Source: Alphaproteobacteria bacterium (GTDB lineage Bacteria > Pseudomonadota > Alphaproteobacteria > 16-39-46). From it: a DNA stretch of 64,000 bases. The translations under genes were made by a program, and so were the position numbers. The notes beneath the pieces are model-generated. The model worked only from the letters and a program-made list of their open reading frames with translations. It did not search any database and was not told the DNA's origin. Every line of letters begins with the position of its first letter. Position 1 is the stretch's first letter. Shown here one piece after another: positions 1 to 10,361 of this stretch. The stretch spans positions 26,720 to 90,719 of the forward strand of contig JAGYKM010000005.1 in NCBI GenBank assembly GCA_018401675.1. Reading direction: 5' to 3'.

Positions 1-1709
1 CAATTTCCCCCACTGAAGAAAGTTTCTCAGATCTCCTCGAAAGTTTTCTAGGCAGTGAACATGAAAGTCTTGAAGGTCGCGTTGTTAAAGGCACCATTAT
101 TGCCATTAAAAACGATTATGCCGTCATTGATGTAGGCTTGAAATCTGAAGGTCAAATTAACCTTAAAGAATTTCAATCTAACGCCGATGAGGCGGAGATT
201 CGCGTGGGAGACCTGGTAGAGGTTTACATTGAAAAATTAGAAGATAGAAATGGTGATGTTCTCCTCAGTCGAGAAAGAGCCCGTCGTGAAGCCGCATGGG
301 GTCAACTTGAGAAGGCTCATGCTGAAACTGAACGGGTAAACGGTGTGATATATAGCCGGGTTAAAGGTGGATTCACGGTAGATCTTGGAGGCGCTGTTGC
401 CTTCTTACCAGGCAGCCAAGTGGATATCAGGCCTATTCGGGACACAGCCCCTCTTATGGGCGTTCCTCAGCCTTTCATTATTCTTAAAATGGACCGCCAG
501 AGAGGCAACATAGTGGTGTCTCGTCGTGCGGTCTTGGAAGAAAGCCGTCAAGAAGCACGCCATGAACTTGTTGGTTCTTTGGAAGAAGGGCAAATCCTGT
601 CAGGTATGGTGAAAAACATTACTGACTACGGTGCCTTCATTGATCTGGGGGGTATCGATGGCCTCCTGCATGTCACTGATATTTCATGGAAGCGTATCCA
701 GCATCCTTCAGAGCTTCTGGCCATAGGTCAAACTATTGAAGTTCAGATCATCAAGTTTAACAAAGAGACCAATCGTATTTCCCTGGGAATGAAGCAGTTG
801 GGTTCTGACCCTTGGGCCTCTATCCAAGAGAAGTACAAGGTAGACACCATCCACAAAGGAAGCATTACTAATATTACAGATTATGGCGCTTTTGTGGAAA
901 TTGAGCCAGGCGTCGAAGGGTTAGTCCACGTCTCCGAGATGAGTTGGACCAAGAAAAACTTCCATCCAGGCAAACTGGTATCCACCAGCCAAGAAGTAGA
1001 CGTCATGATTTTGGACATCGATCCTATTAAGCGTCGTATTTCCCTTGGCATTAAACAATGCCAGTCCAATCCTTGGACCTCTTTCTCAGCAGAATTCCAA
1101 GTGGATCAAACCTTCACAGGAGAGGTCAAGAATATTACTGACTTCGGACTGTTTGTCGGGCTTAACGAAGACATTGACGGTATGGTTCACTCTTCAGATT
1201 TGTCTTGGGAGAAAACCGGAGAAGAAGCCCTTCTTACCTATAAAAAGGGAGATATGGTTACCGTTAAGATCCTTGATATTGACATTTCCAAAGAGCGCGT
1301 TGGCTTGGGAATTAAGCAGCTGACTGAAGATCCTTTTGCTGAGGGTTTTTCAAAACTGAATAAGGGTGATCTGGTCACATGTACCATTTCTTCCTTGCAA
1401 GACAATGGGTTGAATGTGGTCTTGGCCGACGGAACACCTGGCTTCATTAAGAAAAATGATCTATCCCGTCATCGCAATGAACAAAGAACGGATCGTTTTG
1501 CCGAAGGTGAAAAAGTCGATGCTCTCATCACCGCCATTGATCCTAAGACCCGTAGCTTAGCTCTGTCCATTAAAGCTCACGAAACCAGTGAAGAGAAGCG
1601 GGTTATGGCTGAATTTGGATCCTCTGATAGTGGGGCCAGTTTGGGAGACATCCTAGGAGCAGCTATAAGCAAGGCAAAAGAAAAAGAGAAGGCGCCTACT
1701 GAAAAGTAA
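1..1709 (+). CDS. rpsA: 30S ribosomal protein S1 (5' end lies outside the window)
   Basis: The reading frame is open to the window edge. Residues upstream of the track's TTG (…ISPTEESFSDLLESFLGSEHESLEGRVVKGTIIAIKNDYAVIDVGLKSEG) continue the first S1 domain. Six S1/OB repeats carry the recurring G-x-V-x-N-I-T-D-[YF]-G-[AL]-F-[VI] motif. TAA stop at 1707-1709. Confidence 0.95.
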   Translation, partial: ISPTEESFSDLLESFLGSEHESLEGRVVKGTIIAIKNDYAVIDVGLKSEGQINLKEFQSNADEAEIRVGDLVEVYIEKLEDRNGDVLLSRERARREAAWGQLEKAHAETERVNGVIYSRVKGGFTVDLGGAVAFLPGSQVDIRPIRDTAPLMGVPQPFIILKMDRQRGNIVVSRRAVLEESRQEARHELVGSLEEGQILSGMVKNITDYGAFIDLGGIDGLLHVTDISWKRIQHPSELLAIGQTIEVQIIKFNKETNRISLGMKQLGSDPWASIQEKYKVDTIHKGSITNITDYGAFVEIEPGVEGLVHVSEMSWTKKNFHPGKLVSTSQEVDVMILDIDPIKRRISLGIKQCQSNPWTSFSAEFQVDQTFTGEVKNITDFGLFVGLNEDIDGMVHSSDLSWEKTGEEALLTYKKGDMVTVKILDIDISKERVGLGIKQLTEDPFAEGFSKLNKGDLVTCTISSLQDNGLNVVLADGTPGFIKKNDLSRHRNEQRTDRFAEGEKVDALITAIDPKTRSLALSIKAHETSEEKRVMAEFGSSDSGASLGDILGAAISKAKEKEKAPTEK

Positions 1710-1783
1710 GCTTCTCTCTATGAGAGATTCCGAGTGAGACTTTTCTTACCTCGGACTGAACATATCTCACAGCAATTGTGGTA

Positions 1784-1815
1784 AAAAAGCTTAGGTCTTA
1801 GGACCTAAGCTTTTT
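1784..1815 (+). terminator. Rho-independent terminator after rpsA (A-tract/T-tract flanked, so possibly bidirectional)
   Basis: Perfect 14-bp inverted repeat AAAAAGCTTAGGTC / GACCTAAGCTTTTT with a 4-nt loop, followed by a T run, about 75 nt after the rpsA stop. Confidence 0.8.
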
Positions 1816-2041
1816 TTATGGACGTTCCCCAGCTCTGTTAGATAGATTAGAAAGTCCATCCAGAACAAAATCTAGATACTCTTAATACCTTCTCTAGAAT
1901 TACCCCATAATATCTATCCTGAAGAAGCGTAATGAAGCTACCTCATTGGATGCAGATAAGCCCCCTCATACCTCACCTGAGTAAGCTACCCCCGTGAGGC
2001 CCAACGGCCCTCTGATTCAACGGTCGGGTGATTCTCAGGCA

Positions 2042-2072
2042 CAAAAAAAGAGAAGGCTAACCAGCCTCCTCC
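2042..2072 (-). terminator. Candidate rho-independent terminator for the YccA-like gene
   Basis: On the minus strand GAGGAGGCT-GGTT-AGCCTTCTC (9-bp stem, one mismatch) is followed by T7. It lies about 95 nt downstream of the stop at 2167. Confidence 0.45.
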
Positions 2073-2166
2073 TTTTAAGTCTTTGTCTTGCCTCTCTTCA
2101 GCCGTGCCCTAGGAATGCCCCACGTTTAGGCCTCCATATCTCTGGCTTAAAAAGCCTATCCAAGAT

Positions 2167-2805
2167 TTAACGCCTATCCCCAAAAATACGCAGTAAAGAT
2201 AGAAATAGATTCATAAAATCAAGATAGAGCATCAAAGCGCCCATCACTGACTTTTTAATGCGAACTTCATCGCTATCGGATGCCATATAGAACTCTTTGA
2301 TACGCTGAGTGTCATAAGCGGTAAGCCCTGTAAATACCACCACGCCTATCAAAGAAAGAGCAAAATTTAACATGGAGCTGGCGATAAACAAATTAATGAC
2401 ACTGGCAAGAATAACCCCAATTAATCCCATCATAAGGAAAGATCCCCAGCCAGTAAGGTCTTTTTTAGTCGTATATCCGTAAAGGCTCATACCACCAAAC
2501 ATTCCGGCGGTAATGAGGAAGACCCGGGCAATGCTTGCTTCTTGATAAGCCATGAATATGGTTGAAAGAGAAAGACCCATCAATCCAGAGAACAGCCAGA
2601 AGAAAAACTGTGCCCGGCTTGCAGAGATAGATTTCAATCTCACTTGCAAATAAATGGCCAGCCCCAAAGGCGCAAAAATACACATCAATGAGATGATCAA
2701 GTTTCCAAAAAGAAGATTCCACATCACCTCAGAATGAGCCACAGTATACGCAACAAGCCCCGTCAGAACGAGTCCAAGCCCTATATAATTATATATCTTC
2801 AACAT
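2167..2805 (-). CDS. BAX inhibitor-1/YccA family membrane protein
   Basis: 212-aa polytopic membrane ORF of about 7 TM segments. The N-terminal ...YNYIGLGLVLTGLVAY and the C-terminal DTQRIKE...ALMLYLDFMNLFLSLLRIFG are typical of the family. Confidence 0.8.
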   Translation of the reverse strand: MLKIYNYIGLGLVLTGLVAYTVAHSEVMWNLLFGNLIISLMCIFAPLGLAIYLQVRLKSISASRAQFFFWLFSGLMGLSLSTIFMAYQEASIARVFLITAGMFGGMSLYGYTTKKDLTGWGSFLMMGLIGVILASVINLFIASSMLNFALSLIGVVVFTGLTAYDTQRIKEFYMASDSDEVRIKKSVMGALMLYLDFMNLFLSLLRIFGDRR

Positions 2806-3059
2806 ATAGGCTCTAACCCTAGGTCAAAAGAAACATCCTCACTCCAGCTTTGCGCCAACACGTCGATCCATAAGTGCCATTTTACCCTCCTCTTACAATC
2901 TGTAAAAACAATCTTGTCTGCAGTCTATAGTAAGAACCCCCTAAAATCAAGATAGAACCCCACACAATAAACATATCGTCCCCATTGTTCTCTGTTAACC
3001 TAACATGGTTAAAGTCTTGGGTTTTTTCCATCAAAACTGTTTTACACAAAGGGAAAAAG

Positions 3060-3534
3060 GAATCTCTTTTTGCAAGGAATAAGATGAATAAATAGCCTCT
3101 TATCCTGAGAACACCTTGGATTGCGAAGATGTTTTCTACCTCGTATTGGTAGTCACGATGATGAGAATTTCCAGTCTGAGTAATACGCTTTATGCCTCCA
3201 CTTTTGGCCTTGCTAGGTGAAGGGGCCAGAACGAGAGCATATTTTTATGAAGTTCAGTAAATTGCCCACTTCTGTCAGCATCCCCCTAGATTTAGAAAGT
3301 AGAGCTTATTATCCTCCTCAGAGGTGAAAGTCTCGTATTTCAATTCTATAGCCATCTATTGCATTTAACCATCCCCCAAGCATCAAGATGGAGGCTTTCT
3401 GGACTTCCCCACCAATTTTTTTTAAGCGAGCTATATGTATCTTCTATTTTATCCGCACATACAAATCTCATATCGTGAAGTTCAATAAGAGCTCCATGAA
3501 TAGTTCCGCCAATATATATCATAAAGAGATTCAT
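3060..3534 (-). pseudogene. DUF1543-domain protein relic (several frameshifts and stops)
   Basis: ORF 3346..3534 reads MNLFMIYIGGTIHGALIELHDMRFVCADKIEDTYSSLKKNWWG..LHLDAWG, matching the DUF1543 signature. Downstream pieces appear only in other frames (GYRIEIRDFHL*, KLYFLNLGGC*, FTELHKN...). The left boundary is approximate. Confidence 0.55.
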
Positions 3535-4274
3535 TCGGATCCATGGCCTTTCATCAAATACAACTCGGGTTACTTACCATACCCGACATTCATACTTTTT
3601 TTAAACTAGCGGGTCAATTTAATAGGCCAGGCCATTTTCTTTTAAGATTAATGACGGATTTCCTCTTTCTAATTTAAAGTGAACTATGAAAAAACCCCAC
3701 TAGTTCACAAATACCTTACACTCTCCTTTATTCCATGCACTCTAGATATTCTCTTCCCTTCTTCTCATTTCAGATCATATATATTTTAATCTTTAATTCT
3801 CCGTAACATATTCCCCTTTATATCAATCAATCGTCTCCCTTACTTTCGATTATGAGGGCCTGTATAATTTACCATGGACCACATCGTTACCCGTATCTAG
3901 GGTTAAGAAGATAGAGGAAGATTAATTTTTAACTATTATGCGCCCCTCTTTCCCTTTAGGCTTTGATATTACAAATATCTTCAACCAGTTCTGCCGTGGA
4001 TCACAGGCGCTTATTCCCACGAAACTCCTAAAGATCAAATCAGACACTACAGATGGGCTAGGAGAAAAAATTGTGCAAAAAGGACTATGCTTCTCTTCCT
4101 ACCTCTCTCTTCTCAGATAGAGAAGGTTTATGAGATATATGGCGGTTTTACTTCTTGGAAAATCTAGCTCTCTCCTTTAGATTACATTTTTGTATAATTT
4201 ACACCCAGACTCAGAACGTATACTATTCTTGCAACCGTTGAACTTCTCGTATTTTGCATTACCTAGGACAAAAA

Positions 4275-4844
4275 ATGTCGCTTTTCAAAAGAAAAACAAA
4301 GCGTTCCGTTGGTCAACAGATAGTCCATATGTGCTGGCCGGTTATGGGATGGAAGCGCACGGCGCTTTATTATCTATATCGCCTTAAAAGACTTAAGGAC
4401 CAACCTCTTGAGGTTTCCATGGGCATAGCCACAGGCGTTGCCTCATCTTTTACCCCCTTTATTGGCTTTCAAATCCTTGCGGCCTTAGGCGTTAATTCTC
4501 TTCTCAAAGGCAGCTCCATTGCCACTTTAGTAGGAACCCTGTTTGGAAATCCATGGACATTTCCCTTCATATGGTTCGGGATGTTTAAGTTTGGACGCTT
4601 TATCATGGCTTATTCAGCCCCCTGGGTTCCTTGGCCCCCAAGCGTAGATCTTGCCCACTTACCCCCTTTGAGTTTTCATTTTTTATGGACCCACTATGGG
4701 GACGTTTTGATTCCTATGTTAATTGCTTCTGTTCCCCTAACGTTCTTAGCTTGGGTAACGTCTTTTCTCCTGATCTATACTCTTATGAGGATGTTAAAAT
4801 CTCGCCCTAAAACAGGCCAGAAATTTGTCAAAAACTCAAAATAG
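4275..4844 (+). CDS. DUF2062 family membrane protein
   Basis: MSLFKRKTKRSVGQQIVHMCWPVMGWKRTALYYLYRLKRL...SMGIATGVASSFTPFIGFQ...GNPWTFPFIW matches the DUF2062 pattern. The ATG at 4275 (8th codon of the track ORF) is preferred as the start. Confidence 0.7.
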   Translation: MSLFKRKTKRSVGQQIVHMCWPVMGWKRTALYYLYRLKRLKDQPLEVSMGIATGVASSFTPFIGFQILAALGVNSLLKGSSIATLVGTLFGNPWTFPFIWFGMFKFGRFIMAYSAPWVPWPPSVDLAHLPPLSFHFLWTHYGDVLIPMLIASVPLTFLAWVTSFLLIYTLMRMLKSRPKTGQKFVKNSK

Positions 4845-4993
4845 GCCCATAATTTTTCTCTCACAGGTATATTTTTCATAAAAACGCTCTTTTTACCGTT
4901 TTGAGCCTATCCCATTATCTTCCAATGAAATATACTGAGGTACTGCTTGTTTCTTTGACTATTAATTTATATTTTCAAGAAAGTACACTGGTA

Positions 4994-5825
4994 ATGGCTC
5001 AAAATCCTTCTATTCCCATAGCTGCTAATGCCTTCTCTGGATCCAAAAAAGGCCTTGGGATCTGATTACATAAACCCTAGGGATCTTTTTTTATCGCTTT
5101 GGTTTTATGGAGTTTTGTATTTGGAACCCTTCACATCCCTTCTGACTCAAAGATTCCAAATTTATTGGTTGGTGACTTTTATTTGTATCCAAATGGTCTT
5201 ATGGATTTAGCTGCTATTCCTTCCCTTTAGGCATGAATATATTCAAGGACGCGTTCTGGATTTTAAAACCTGCATTGGGAGAAGTAGATTGTTTCTTAAA
5301 AACTCCCAAAGAAGATAAAAGCATACAGTTCATCAAACGGGTAGTAGGTCGTCCAGGAGATCGGGTCCAATTCTTAGAAGGCGTTTTTCACATTGTCTTG
5401 AGAAGCCGTTTCCCCACAAGAATAGAAGACTTACCTATCTGATGAATTTGGCGTCAGCCACACCATCTCTACCTAGAAACCATGCCCAATGGCGTCAACT
5501 ACACCATCTTGAAAGATGATAACTTTGGAGATGGATTCCCTCGACACCACCTGTTCCTTTACGGTTCCTGAGGGACATTATTTTGTAGTTGAGATAACAG
5601 AGATCAATTATGAATAGTCGTGTTCCCATCAGATTGGCTATGTTCCTGAAGAAAATATTATTGGGAAAGCTTTTATTATCTATTTCCGAAACCTTTCCTT
5701 GTGGTCTTCATGACATTAACTGGCTTTCCCGAAGGAATGGGTCTAACCGTGAATTTACCTGGTGGCATCCATGGTCGGGATTTTCAACTTACGCCTCTGA
5801 TCGTTTCTTAAAGTTAATTAACTAG
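4994..5825 (+). pseudogene. lepB: Signal peptidase I, heavily degraded
   Basis: The hallmark boxes are present but scattered over all three frames with stops. They are FGTLHIPSDSKIPNLLVGDFYLY (the Ser box IPSxSMxPTLxxGD), IKRVVGRPGDRVQF (the Lys box), DNRDQL*/NSRVP (the GDNRxxSxDSR box) and IGYVPEENIIGKAFII. Position immediately upstream of rnc-era fits the usual lepB-rnc-era order. Confidence 0.85.
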
Positions 5826-6525
5826 ATGGAAAATCCACTCGCTGCTTTCCAAAAAAACTAGGGTATTCTTCTTAGATAACACTCCTGTTGGAAGATGCTT
5901 TAAGGCATCCTAGTTATGCTTTTCGTGAAAACCTCCCCAATTTGGAGCGCATGAATTTCTGGGCGACCGGGTATTAGGGACAGAGCCATTGCGGCGGCCG
6001 ATTGAAAAAGATATTCTGCCTTTGTTTCCTCAAGAAGAAGAGGGCACTCTTTCTAAGCGCTTTGTCTCCTTAGTGCGCAGAGAGCATTTGGCCACTATAG
6101 CTCGGATTTGGGATGTGGCTTCTGTTTTAAAAGCCACCCCGGTAGATACTCCTTTACCTGACTCTATCTACGCCGATAGTGTGGAGGCCGTCTTAGGTGC
6201 GATCTACCTTGATGGAGGATTTGATGAAGCCCGTCGTATCATCTTAGCTCACTGGGAATGGGCTCTTGCTGGATCTCATCTTATGCCTCTTATAGATGCT
6301 AAATCCCGTCTTCAGGAATGGTGCCAACAAAAAGGAATCCCCTTACCTGAATATACCCTCCTGAAAAGCGATGGACCAGACCATAACCCTCTTTTCACCA
6401 TGAGTGTAACTATCCAAGATGCCTCAAGTTCTCAAATGGGCGTGGGAGAAGGCTCGTCTCATCGTCATGCAGAGCAACAAGCTGCCTCTGCGCTGCTCAC
6501 CATTCTCAAAGATAAGGATGCTTAA
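5826..6525 (+). pseudogene. rnc: Ribonuclease III, 5' end disrupted; an intact ORF remains only from 5989
   Basis: The C-terminal 178 aa are a clean RNase III. They include FPQEEEGTLSKRF, SIYADSVEAVLGAIYLDGG and a dsRBD (AKSRLQEWCQQKG...GSSHRHAEQQAA). The N-terminal 55 codons (MENPLAAFQK / KLGY / FFLDNT / LLLEDALRHPSYA / NLERM / EFLGDRVLG) need about four frame changes, one in the A7 run at 5851-5857. The catalytic ERLEFLGD box straddles a frameshift. Confidence 0.75.
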
Positions 6526-6527
6526 TA

Positions 6528-7442
6528 ATGAAAACTAAATGCGCCTTTGTTGCTATGGTTGGTCTTCCCAATTCCGGGAAATCCACTCTTATAAATCGTA
6601 TTGTGGGTGGAAAAATTTCCATTGTAAGTCGGAAAGCACAAACCACCAGATTTCGAATCATAGGTATCAAAACAGTCGAGGATACTCAGCTCGTCTTTAT
6701 TGATACGCCAGGCATTTTTTCCTCAAACAAACGCTCTGGTGGCACAAAAAAACTCAACCGTGCCATGGTAAATGCCGCTTGGAGTGCTGGTGCTGACGCT
6801 GATATAACCCTTCTGGTCATAGATGCCTATAAGGGTATAACGCCTGAGCTTGAAGAAATTTTGGCCTCTTTAAAAGAACGGGACCAAAAAACACTGATTG
6901 CTCTTAACAAGGTAGATCTCATTTCCAAAAAAGAAACCTTATTGCACCTTGTTCAAAAATTGTCAGATGATGGCTTCCAAACTATTTACATGATTTCAGC
7001 TCTCGATGGAACGGGCGTTAATGAGCTGCTCAGCTCCCTTTCAGAAATGAGTCCAGAAGGTCCTTGGCATTACCCTGCCGACCAGCTCACCACCATCAAT
7101 GAACGATTATGGGCCGCAGAAATCACCCGGGAAGTCCTGCTTGATCTTGTTCACGAAGAAATACCCTATGCGTTAATGGTGGAAACATCCCAATGGGAAC
7201 TTTTTAATAATGGTTCTGTTAAAATCTCCCAGACTATCTATGTGGAAAAAGATTCCCAAAAAGCCATTATCCTCGGAGAAAAAGGAACCAAAATAAAACA
7301 AATCAATATTCAAGCTCGTAAAAGCATCCAAACCTCCTTAGGCATTCCCGTTCATTTATTTCTTTTTGTCAAAGTAGACGAAAACTGGAAGCGCAACAAA
7401 GAGCACTACACCAGCTGGGGTTTGGATTTTAACGCCACATAA
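6528..7442 (+). CDS. era: GTPase Era
   Basis: G1 motif GLPNSGKST, then DTPG and NKVD, plus a C-terminal KH domain. It starts 3 nt after the rnc stop. Confidence 0.95.
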   Translation: MKTKCAFVAMVGLPNSGKSTLINRIVGGKISIVSRKAQTTRFRIIGIKTVEDTQLVFIDTPGIFSSNKRSGGTKKLNRAMVNAAWSAGADADITLLVIDAYKGITPELEEILASLKERDQKTLIALNKVDLISKKETLLHLVQKLSDDGFQTIYMISALDGTGVNELLSSLSEMSPEGPWHYPADQLTTINERLWAAEITREVLLDLVHEEIPYALMVETSQWELFNNGSVKISQTIYVEKDSQKAIILGEKGTKIKQINIQARKSIQTSLGIPVHLFLFVKVDENWKRNKEHYTSWGLDFNAT

Positions 7443-7534
7443 CAAAACTCTCATTGACCCCTCCTCACCAAAAAAATTATCAAAAAAATATTTTTGATCA
7501 TCCTTTTTAGACTTATGATTTTAGGACAGCTTCC

Positions 7535-8323
7535 ATGGAATGGACAGATCAAGGCATTCTTTTAAGTGCCCGAAATTTGCAAGAAAACAAGAAAATCTTC
7601 TGTTTTTTTACCCGAAACCATGGAAAGTGGAATGGCGTTTCCCAAAGACAGAAAAACTTACCTCAGCCCTCTCACTTTTACCTGAATTGGAAGGCTCGAC
7701 TGGAAGAAAATCTTGGGCATTGGAAAACCATAGACCTTGCCAATAAAGGAGGAGAGCCCACAGTATGGATGCTCCACCCGGGAAAGCCCTTTGCTGTTGC
7801 CTCCATCTTGGGTCTGTTTAATCATCTCTTGGGAGATAGAGATCCTCATCCTTGTCTATTTGATGGTTTTCTATCCTTTATGAACACGCTCATGACTTCG
7901 GATGATTCTTGGATTATCAGTTATATCTCTCTTGAGCTTCTCTTGCTCAAAGAACTGGGGTTCTCTCTAGACCTCGAGAAATGCGCTCTTTCTCAGGCCA
8001 CTCAAAATCTTTCTCTTGTGTCCCCCCTTACGGGCCGCGCCGTGACTAAAGAGGCAGCGGGTTCTTATGCACCCCGATTACTCCCTCTCCCGGGATTCTT
8101 GGGTAAGCTTTCTGCCCTTGAGAAAATTTCTCCTTACCAAGCAGAGCAAGGGTTAGAGCTTACAGGCTATTTTCTAAACAAAATTTATATGGAAAATCTT
8201 CCAAGTGGCGTACTTTCTCTACCAACTTTACGGGACACGTTTAAATCTTGGGTTAGTCGATTACCCTGTCTCCAAATAGAGACCGAACCTTTTTTTATTC
8301 ATGAGGCACCCTTAGCGTCCTAG
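7535..8323 (+). CDS. recO: DNA repair protein RecO
   Basis: 262-aa ORF with a RecO-like N-terminal OB region (MEWTDQGILLSARNLQENKKIFCFFTRNHGKWNG). It sits in the conserved era-recO position. Confidence 0.8.
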   Translation: MEWTDQGILLSARNLQENKKIFCFFTRNHGKWNGVSQRQKNLPQPSHFYLNWKARLEENLGHWKTIDLANKGGEPTVWMLHPGKPFAVASILGLFNHLLGDRDPHPCLFDGFLSFMNTLMTSDDSWIISYISLELLLLKELGFSLDLEKCALSQATQNLSLVSPLTGRAVTKEAAGSYAPRLLPLPGFLGKLSALEKISPYQAEQGLELTGYFLNKIYMENLPSGVLSLPTLRDTFKSWVSRLPCLQIETEPFFIHEAPLAS

Positions 8324-8576
8324 AGAAATCTGCCTTCACCATCACCCCTCATACGCTCACAGAAAATGTGATCCTAACTTCAGTTCGACGAAATAACTCC
8401 TCTAAAGTCCTAAGCTTAAGTTCCCTAAAAATCTCTGGGTTTTTTTTGGAAATCCCCCAACAGCAAGCAAAAATGAATAGTCCTCGATTCAGTCGGGGTT
8501 TTACGCTTATGCCTCCAGCACTTTCAGTAACATATGCTTCGAGCGCTATCATTATATTTATTTACTCTGATATTCT

Positions 8577-10361
8577 TTATAGCTCTTCTTGATCTTCTTC
8601 ATAAGGAAGCACATTGTACACAAATAATTGGTCATTTTTTTTCCGTAATACATAATAACAGTCTTCGGTTTCTAGAGCTAGGTCGTCTTCTTCTAGAGTT
8701 TCCTTTGCCACTTGAGTTTCTATTTTTTCGTTAGAGATCTTAATTACGGTTTTATCATTCTCTGCTTCGGAGGAAGTGTCGCTTTCTTCAAAAAGAATAA
8801 CTTTGCCAGCGCTGTTTTTCTTAAGGGTGTCCACTGCCTCTTGTTCATTTTTAAAAATCTGCAGTCTGCTCGCCAAAAATAAAGTTCTTTGTTCCTTTTC
8901 TTCATAAGAAAAGAGCCTACTTCTGTCTCGCGATGCTTCTATTTTGATCCCATCATTTTTATCTTCTAAATCTATTTCCATAGTACCTTGAGTTATGGTG
9001 GAAAATATTGGGAGTTTAGTGAGGCGCCTCCGGTAAGAATAAACAATCTTTCCGTTAACTTTTTCGGGACTAAAATAAGTGATAGCATGGCCATCTACCC
9101 TATGCGTTTCAGAGACGCAATCTTTTAAATACTGACGGCATGTATCCATCACAGACAAAGCGGGATGGTGATATCCTTTATGTTGTCCTGCACTTACAAA
9201 AAGAGCTTTTGGCTTAAAGATTTCCAATAATATTTTTGATGTAGCTCCATGCTCTTGACTCCCATGGTGGCTAAGTAACATATACGTTACAGGTTCTACT
9301 GGACCTTGTGCCGCAATGCGACCCCATGTTGTTTCATCCGCATCTCCTGGAAGCAAAATACTTTTACCCTTTACTTCCTTATTTTGTACTCTCAATACCA
9401 AGGAATTTGCGTTAGAATCCATATTGGCTCGTGATAAATTCCAGCTTTCAGGCTCTTCACCTGATTTGACTCTATCCATAGCCATACCAGAATTCATAGA
9501 GAGGACCTCCACTCCTACTGACTCATCAAAGAGAAGTACCTCTTCTATGCGTTTTTCGTTTTCTGTTTTATCTCTAATCCCAGAATGATAAAAACGTGCA
9601 AATAAGGGCTTGACTGCCTCTATACGACGCTTCTTAGTCCCTGATTCTACTGGTGAATCTGCGGGCCCAGCACCCTCTTTTTTTTCTCCCAAGGACCAAG
9701 GTGTAGAGAAGCCCTCTGGATATCCCGCTTGTCCTGTGTAGGTCCCAGTATAAAGAATCCGATCATCGCCTAGCCCACTAAGCCATTGCTTCAAAGACTC
9801 GTAGTCTCTGGAAAATCCACTGAGTATGACGGCTTTTAAGCGATCCATTTGGTCAAAAGTTTCATCAAATATCTGGGGCAGCCATCCTATATGATCTTTA
9901 TCTCCATGAGTGGTTACAACCACGATCTCTTTTATATCCCCACTCTCAATAAATTCTCGGATAGAGCTTTTTAAATCTAGGGCATACTTTTTTGAGGTCG
10001 ATACAGTGACTGCGGAAGGACTCACTGACTCTTCACTACTCGGAGATTGGGAAGAAACAATGGCAGCCTCTTCTTGCTCAAAGGTTGCCTTATCTAGAGA
10101 GGAGTCTCCTTCTTTTTCCTTTGATTGCATTTTCGCACTTTTCGTTTTGTAAACTTTACCAGTTTGAGAGGCTTGCTGGTAGGCAACTAAAAACGCACGT
10201 TCCGATGATCCTGCGTCTACCAAAAGCACCTTTTTTCCATGTTTTATGGCCACACAATTGCCTTGACCTACATCAAAAATCTTGATCTGAGTTGCGTTTA
10301 CACAAGAAATACTTAACCCTAACATAAGAACCAAATAGATATATTCTCTAAATATCTTCAC
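8577..10361 (-). CDS. Secreted MBL-fold hydrolase of the ComEC/Rec2 lactamase-domain type
   Basis: Signal peptide MKIFREYIYLVLMLGLSISCVNA. ComEC-type MBL motifs are present: IFDVGQGNCVAI...LLVDAGS, TTHGDKDHIGW, LLPGDADETTW, LLSHHGSQEHG and VSAGQHKGYHHP. An S/E-rich insert and an acidic C-terminal extension of about 170 aa are added. There are no ComEC membrane domains. Confidence 0.7.
   Translation of the reverse strand: MKIFREYIYLVLMLGLSISCVNATQIKIFDVGQGNCVAIKHGKKVLLVDAGSSERAFLVAYQQASQTGKVYKTKSAKMQSKEKEGDSSLDKATFEQEEAAIVSSQSPSSEESVSPSAVTVSTSKKYALDLKSSIREFIESGDIKEIVVVTTHGDKDHIGWLPQIFDETFDQMDRLKAVILSGFSRDYESLKQWLSGLGDDRILYTGTYTGQAGYPEGFSTPWSLGEKKEGAGPADSPVESGTKKRRIEAVKPLFARFYHSGIRDKTENEKRIEEVLLFDESVGVEVLSMNSGMAMDRVKSGEEPESWNLSRANMDSNANSLVLRVQNKEVKGKSILLPGDADETTWGRIAAQGPVEPVTYMLLSHHGSQEHGATSKILLEIFKPKALFVSAGQHKGYHHPALSVMDTCRQYLKDCVSETHRVDGHAITYFSPEKVNGKIVYSYRRRLTKLPIFSTITQGTMEIDLEDKNDGIKIEASRDRSRLFSYEEKEQRTLFLASRLQIFKNEQEAVDTLKKNSAGKVILFEESDTSSEAENDKTVIKISNEKIETQVAKETLEEDDLALETEDCYYVLRKKNDQLFVYNVLPYEEDQEEL

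Noticed and set aside
1819-2040. Remnant of a gene after rpsA (ihfB often follows rpsA in Alphaproteobacteria)
   Set aside because: Translating the three forward frames by eye gave nothing resembling IHF-beta or any other family. The strong terminator at 1784-1815 suggests rpsA ends its transcription unit here.
3388-4387. Small track ORFs in the gene desert (3388..3609, 3938..4120, 4190..4387, and 2734..2955 just upstream)
   Set aside because: They have no motifs. 3388..3609 is antisense to the DUF1543 relic. 4190..4387 overlaps the DUF2062 gene out of frame.
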